DNA from: an uncultured Gemmatimonadales bacterium | GTDB taxonomy: Bacteria; Gemmatimonadota; Gemmatimonadetes; Longimicrobiales; RSA9 | Assembly (NCBI GenBank): GCA_963741945.1 | Contig: CAVUKA010000003.1 | Span: forward strand, 384,001-448,000 | Direction: 5' to 3' | DNA: 64,000 nt | In this document: positions 60,356-64,000 of the stretch, one piece after another | How positions within the stretch are numbered: the stretch's first letter is position 1 | Layout of the letters: every line of letters begins with the position of its first letter | Translations under genes and position numbers: made by a program | The notes under the pieces: model-generated | What the model was told of the DNA's origin: nothing | What the model saw: only the letters and a program-made list of their open reading frames with translations | Databases searched by the model: none

Positions 60356-60922
60356 ATGGGACCGAGAGGCAATGATTACGGCTGGAGCGCGTGGGCCAGC
60401 ATGTGCGGCCCGAACTTCCCGTTCGGGCGGGGGCATCACCGTCGTCGGCGTGTGTTCCGGCGGGGTGACCTGAAGTACATGGTGCTGGGGCTGCTGGAGG
60501 AGCAGCCGATGCACGGGTACGAAGTGATGCAGCGTCTGGAGGAGGAGTCGGGCGGGTTCTATTCGGCGAGCCCTGGCTCGGTCTATCCGGTGCTCCAGAT
60601 GCTGGAGGACCAGGGGTACGTGCGGGGTGAGGAGCGGGACGGGAAGAAGGTGTACAGCATCACGGCGGAGGGGAAAGCGTTCCTGCACGAGCACCGGGAT
60701 CGTGTGGAGGACGTGTCGGGCCGGGTGGAGGACCTGGGCTCGATGTTCGGCGGGCGCGGCATGGGGGATCTGACGCGAACGTTCGTGCGGCTGGCGCAGG
60801 CGAGCTTCGAGGGGGCACTGGACGCGGCGGGTGACCCGGAGAAGGTTGCGGCGCTGAGGGAAGTACTGGAAAGGGCGACGCGGGAGGTGGAGTCGTCGCG
60901 GGATCGACCGAAGCAGGCGTGA
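60356..60922 (+). CDS. PadR family transcriptional regulator
   Basis: RGDLKY..L.LL.E.P.HGYE, SPGSVYP.L..LED.G and YSIT.EG motifs. Confidence 0.92.
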   Translation: MGPRGNDYGWSAWASMCGPNFPFGRGHHRRRRVFRRGDLKYMVLGLLEEQPMHGYEVMQRLEEESGGFYSASPGSVYPVLQMLEDQGYVRGEERDGKKVYSITAEGKAFLHEHRDRVEDVSGRVEDLGSMFGGRGMGDLTRTFVRLAQASFEGALDAAGDPEKVAALREVLERATREVESSRDRPKQA

Positions 60923-60950
60923 GGACCGGAACGGAGGAGAGGAGGCAAGC

Positions 60951-61313
60951 GTGCCCGAGTGGCTGATCATCGGCCTGGTGCTCTGGTTCGTCTTCAGCGA
61001 CGGAGGGCGTCGTCGTCGCCGCTGGCGGCGACGCATGCTGCGGGAGTACGGGGACGACTGGCTGTACGTCGGGGACGGGCGGGGCACGGGTCGATGGGGC
61101 GACGGCTGGCGCCGCGGCTCGCTTCCGGGTGAGCGCGCGGAGGGAGGGCCGACATCGACGGCGCGGTCCGGCGGGCACGCGCCTCCGCCGGTGCCCCGGC
61201 AGGAGACGGCGGAGGAGCGGCTGCGGCGGGAGTTCGTGGAGGGTCGGCTGACCATGGAGGAGTACGAGTCGCGGCTGTGGCAGGAGCTGAAGCCGAGGAC
61301 GCCCCGCGAATAG
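60951..61313 (+). CDS. Small membrane protein with SHOCT-like C-terminus
   Basis: Strong RBS, N-terminal TM helix, LRREFVEGRLTMEEYE. Confidence 0.72.
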   Translation: MPEWLIIGLVLWFVFSDGGRRRRRWRRRMLREYGDDWLYVGDGRGTGRWGDGWRRGSLPGERAEGGPTSTARSGGHAPPPVPRQETAEERLRREFVEGRLTMEEYESRLWQELKPRTPRE

Positions 61314-61401
61314 CCGTCCGGGCCCTGCCCCGGGGATTCCGCCCCGAATCTTGCACTACGTCCCCGCCGGACGACGAGCGACCGAGCGGGGGCGAGGCAT
61401 T

Positions 61402-63075
61402 ATGGGACTGTCGATGAATCCGAAGCACGTGAAGCGTTACGCGCGACTTACGGGTCTGCTGGCGCGTCATGGCGGGACGGACCTGGTGCGGCGGGCAGGA
61501 CTGGAAGCGGCGCTGGAGGGAGGCGACGCGCCGTCGCCTGAGGGGGCGGAGGAAGCCGCACAGGACGGGAAGCCGGAATCGCTGGCAGCGGACCTGGAAT
61601 CGATGGGCCCGGCGTACGTGAAGCTGGGACAGCTGCTGTCCACGCGCGCCGACCTCCTCCCGCCGCAGTACCTGGACGCGCTTTCCCGTCTGCAGGACCG
61701 GGTAGAGCCGTTTTCGTACGAGGAAGTGGATCGGATCGTCTCGGAGGAGCTGGGGGTGCGGCTGTCGAAGGCGTTCGCGTCGTTCGAGCGGGAGCCGGTG
61801 GCTGCGGCGTCGCTGGCGCAGGTGCACCGGGCGGTGCTGCGGAGCGGCGAGGCGGTGGCGGTGAAGGTGCAGCGGCCGGGGATCCAGGAGAGCGTACGCG
61901 AGGAGCTGGAAGTACTGGAGGAGGTGGCGAGTTTCCTGGACGAGCACTCGGAGCGTGCCCATCGCTACCGGGTGGCGGCGGTTCTGGACCAGTTCCGGCG
62001 CTCGCTGCTGCTGGAGATGGACTTCCGCAACGAGGCCCGGAACCTGGCGACGCTGCGGGAGAACCTCGCCGGCTTCGACCGTCTCGTGGTCCCCCGCCCG
62101 ATACCGGACTACAGCACCGGCCGAGTGCTGACCATGGAGCTGGTGCGCGGCCACAAGGTGACATCGTTGAGCCCTGTGGCGCTGCTGGAAGTGGACAGGC
62201 GCGCGCTGGCGGACGAGCTCTTCCGCGCGTACCTGAAGCAGATCCTGGTGGACGGGTTCTTCCACGCGGACCCGCACCCCGGGAACGTGCTGCTCACCGA
62301 CGACCACCGTCTCGCATTGCTGGACCTGGGGCAGACGGCCACGCTCTCGCCGGGGTCCCGGGAAGCGCTGCTGAAGCTTCTGCTGTCCGTGGCCGATGGC
62401 GATGCCGACCATGCGTCGGACGTGCTGCTGGAGCTGAGCGAGCCCGAGGACGACGCGGACCGCGCGGGCTTCCGTGCCGCCGTCGCCGAGCTGGTGGCGA
62501 GGGCGGAGGGGCGGAAGGCGGGCGACATCGCGCTGGGCGTGGTGGTTCTCCAGCTGGTCCGGATCGCCGGGACGCACCACATCAGCCCGCCACCGGCGCT
62601 GAGCATGCTGGGCAAGACGCTCTTCGACCTGGACCAGGTGGGCAAGGCGCTGGACCCGGAGCTGGAGCCCAACGCCGCCATCCGGCGCCACGCGGCCGAG
62701 ATCATGGAGCGGCGGATGCTGTCATCGCTGAGCCCATCGTCGCTGTTCCAGCGGGCGCTGGAAGCGAACGAGCTGGTGCAGCACCTGCCCCGTCGGCTGA
62801 ACCGGATCATGGATCTCGTGGCGGAGAACCGCTTGAGCGTGGGCGTGGACGCCATTGACGAGGTCCGCTTCATCGCCGGGCTGGAGAAGATCGCCAACCG
62901 CATCACGCTGGGCGTCATCATCGCCGCCCTCATCGTGGGCGCCGCCATGCTGGTGCGCGTGGACGCCGGGCCGCGCGTCCTCGGCTACCCCGCCCCGGCC
63001 TTCCTCCTCTTCATCGTCGCCGCCGTGGCGGGCGCCGCGCTGGCGATCCACATCGTGGTGAAGGACCGGGAGTAG
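61402..63075 (+). CDS. ABC1/UbiB/AarF family atypical kinase
   Basis: YVKLGQLLSTR.D, AAASLAQVH, VKVQRP, HADPHPGN and LLDLG motifs; C-terminal TM helices. Confidence 0.93.
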   Translation: MGLSMNPKHVKRYARLTGLLARHGGTDLVRRAGLEAALEGGDAPSPEGAEEAAQDGKPESLAADLESMGPAYVKLGQLLSTRADLLPPQYLDALSRLQDRVEPFSYEEVDRIVSEELGVRLSKAFASFEREPVAAASLAQVHRAVLRSGEAVAVKVQRPGIQESVREELEVLEEVASFLDEHSERAHRYRVAAVLDQFRRSLLLEMDFRNEARNLATLRENLAGFDRLVVPRPIPDYSTGRVLTMELVRGHKVTSLSPVALLEVDRRALADELFRAYLKQILVDGFFHADPHPGNVLLTDDHRLALLDLGQTATLSPGSREALLKLLLSVADGDADHASDVLLELSEPEDDADRAGFRAAVAELVARAEGRKAGDIALGVVVLQLVRIAGTHHISPPPALSMLGKTLFDLDQVGKALDPELEPNAAIRRHAAEIMERRMLSSLSPSSLFQRALEANELVQHLPRRLNRIMDLVAENRLSVGVDAIDEVRFIAGLEKIANRITLGVIIAALIVGAAMLVRVDAGPRVLGYPAPAFLLFIVAAVAGAALAIHIVVKDRE

Positions 63076-63105
63076 AGGACGCGAAGCACCTCGAATTCCC
63101 GCTCC

Positions 63106-63406
63106 ACGCGAAGGACGCGAAGAGCGCGAAGAACTGCAACCCCCTTTTTCACGCGGAGCCGCGAAGAACGCGGAGGGTCGGCCGGGAGACATCGGGGGCT
63201 CGATCGGGCGGATCGGCCTGGAAGCGTACCGGGCCAGGCCATCAGGTTTGGCCCGGCGAGTTGCCGGGCCGAGCGCGCCGGACCGGCCGGGCGGCTCCCG
63301 GGGGAAACCAGCTTCGGGCCCGGGCTGTTTCCGGGCCCCCCGAGGCCTTCCTCCGCGTTCTTCGCGGCTCCGCGTGAGATTGAAGTTCTTCGCGCCCTCC
63401 GCGTGA
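63106..63406. repeat. Nested inverted-repeat element (MITE/REP-like): perfect 28-bp inner IR and imperfect outer IR
   Basis: TCACGCGGAGCCGCGAAGAACGCGGAGG (63149-63176) is the exact reverse complement of 63350-63377; outer arms ...GCGCGAAGAACT / AGTTCTTCGCGC... Confidence 0.85.
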
Positions 63407-64000
63407 TCAGGCGCGTCGGACCGCGGCACTCCCGAGGCCCACGATGACGGTGACGGCGGACCCGATCAACGCGAACCAGAGCGTGTCCACCAACACGGGG
63501 ATGGCGCCGAAGGTCTGGGCGGCCCAGAGGGCGGTCATGGCCACCACGGCCACGGCGATGCCGGTGACCGCGTCGCGCTGGTCGGGGCGTCGGAAGAGGG
63601 TGCCGAGGAGGAAGCCGCCCAGGAGGGGGCCGAACGTGAAGGACGCGATCTGGAGCGCCACCACCACCACAGGGGTGCCCTGCTGGGCGAAGTGGAAGAG
63701 GGTGGCGCCGCCGATGAGGATGGCGGCCCAGAGGAGGGTGAAGGCGCGGCCCACGCGCAGGAGGTGGTCCTCGTCGTCCTCCCGGTGCGCCAGCGGGGCG
63801 TAGATGTCGTGGGTGGCGGAGGAGGCGAGGGAGTTGAGGGACGAGCTCACGGTGGACATGGCGGCGGCCAGCACGCCGGCCACGATGAGGCCGCTGAGCC
63901 CGGACGGCAGTCCCTCGATGATGAACGCGGGGAACACTTCGTCGGGCGTGGCGAACGTGCGGCCGGCGTAGAACGTCCGGAGGCCGGCGCCCACCAGGAG
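63407..64000 (-). CDS. Sodium:solute symporter family protein, C-terminal part
   Basis: GLSGLIVAGVLAAAMSTVSSSLNSLAS..T.D motif; multiple TM helices; truncated by window edge. Confidence 0.9.
   Translation of the reverse strand, partial: LLVGAGLRTFYAGRTFATPDEVFPAFIIEGLPSGLSGLIVAGVLAAAMSTVSSSLNSLASSATHDIYAPLAHREDDEDHLLRVGRAFTLLWAAILIGGATLFHFAQQGTPVVVVALQIASFTFGPLLGGFLLGTLFRRPDQRDAVTGIAVAVVAMTALWAAQTFGAIPVLVDTLWFALIGSAVTVIVGLGSAAVRRA

Overview
A very GC-rich, gene-dense bacterial chromosomal segment with about 55 CDS. The gene repertoire (ADOP-type permease, SARP/BTAD-TolB-TPR regulator, M14 and tricorn peptidases) suggests a Gemmatimonadota-like organism; that assignment is inference only. Most content is housekeeping: acs, glnA, acpS, dacB, fabI, fdhD-mobA-moeA, ETF and ETF-QO, aroB, folK, tyrS and ubiB-like. 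I saw no rRNA, tRNA, CRISPR array, transposase or prophage. The best candidate for an undescribed system is a tightly spaced four-gene operon at 45.6-49.7 kb. It encodes two non-canonical D-Ala-D-Ala-ligase-like ATP-grasp enzymes, a GNAT acetyltransferase and a lysine 2,3-aminomutase, divergent from a YbdK-type ligase, and is a probable pathway to an acetylated beta-lysine peptide. Other notable items: (1) an ANTAR two-component pair with a leader terminator beside glnA; (2) a MauG-like diheme enzyme paired with a His/Trp-rich exported protein; (3) a GH47 mannosidase missed by the ORF track; (4) a twin-palindrome element at 30.8 kb; (5) two inverted-repeat (MITE/REP-like) elements. Several genes are frameshifted (kinase, etfA and the 54.7-59 kb block), which may be sequencing error. 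Protein family calls come from motif recognition by eye; no database searches were run.
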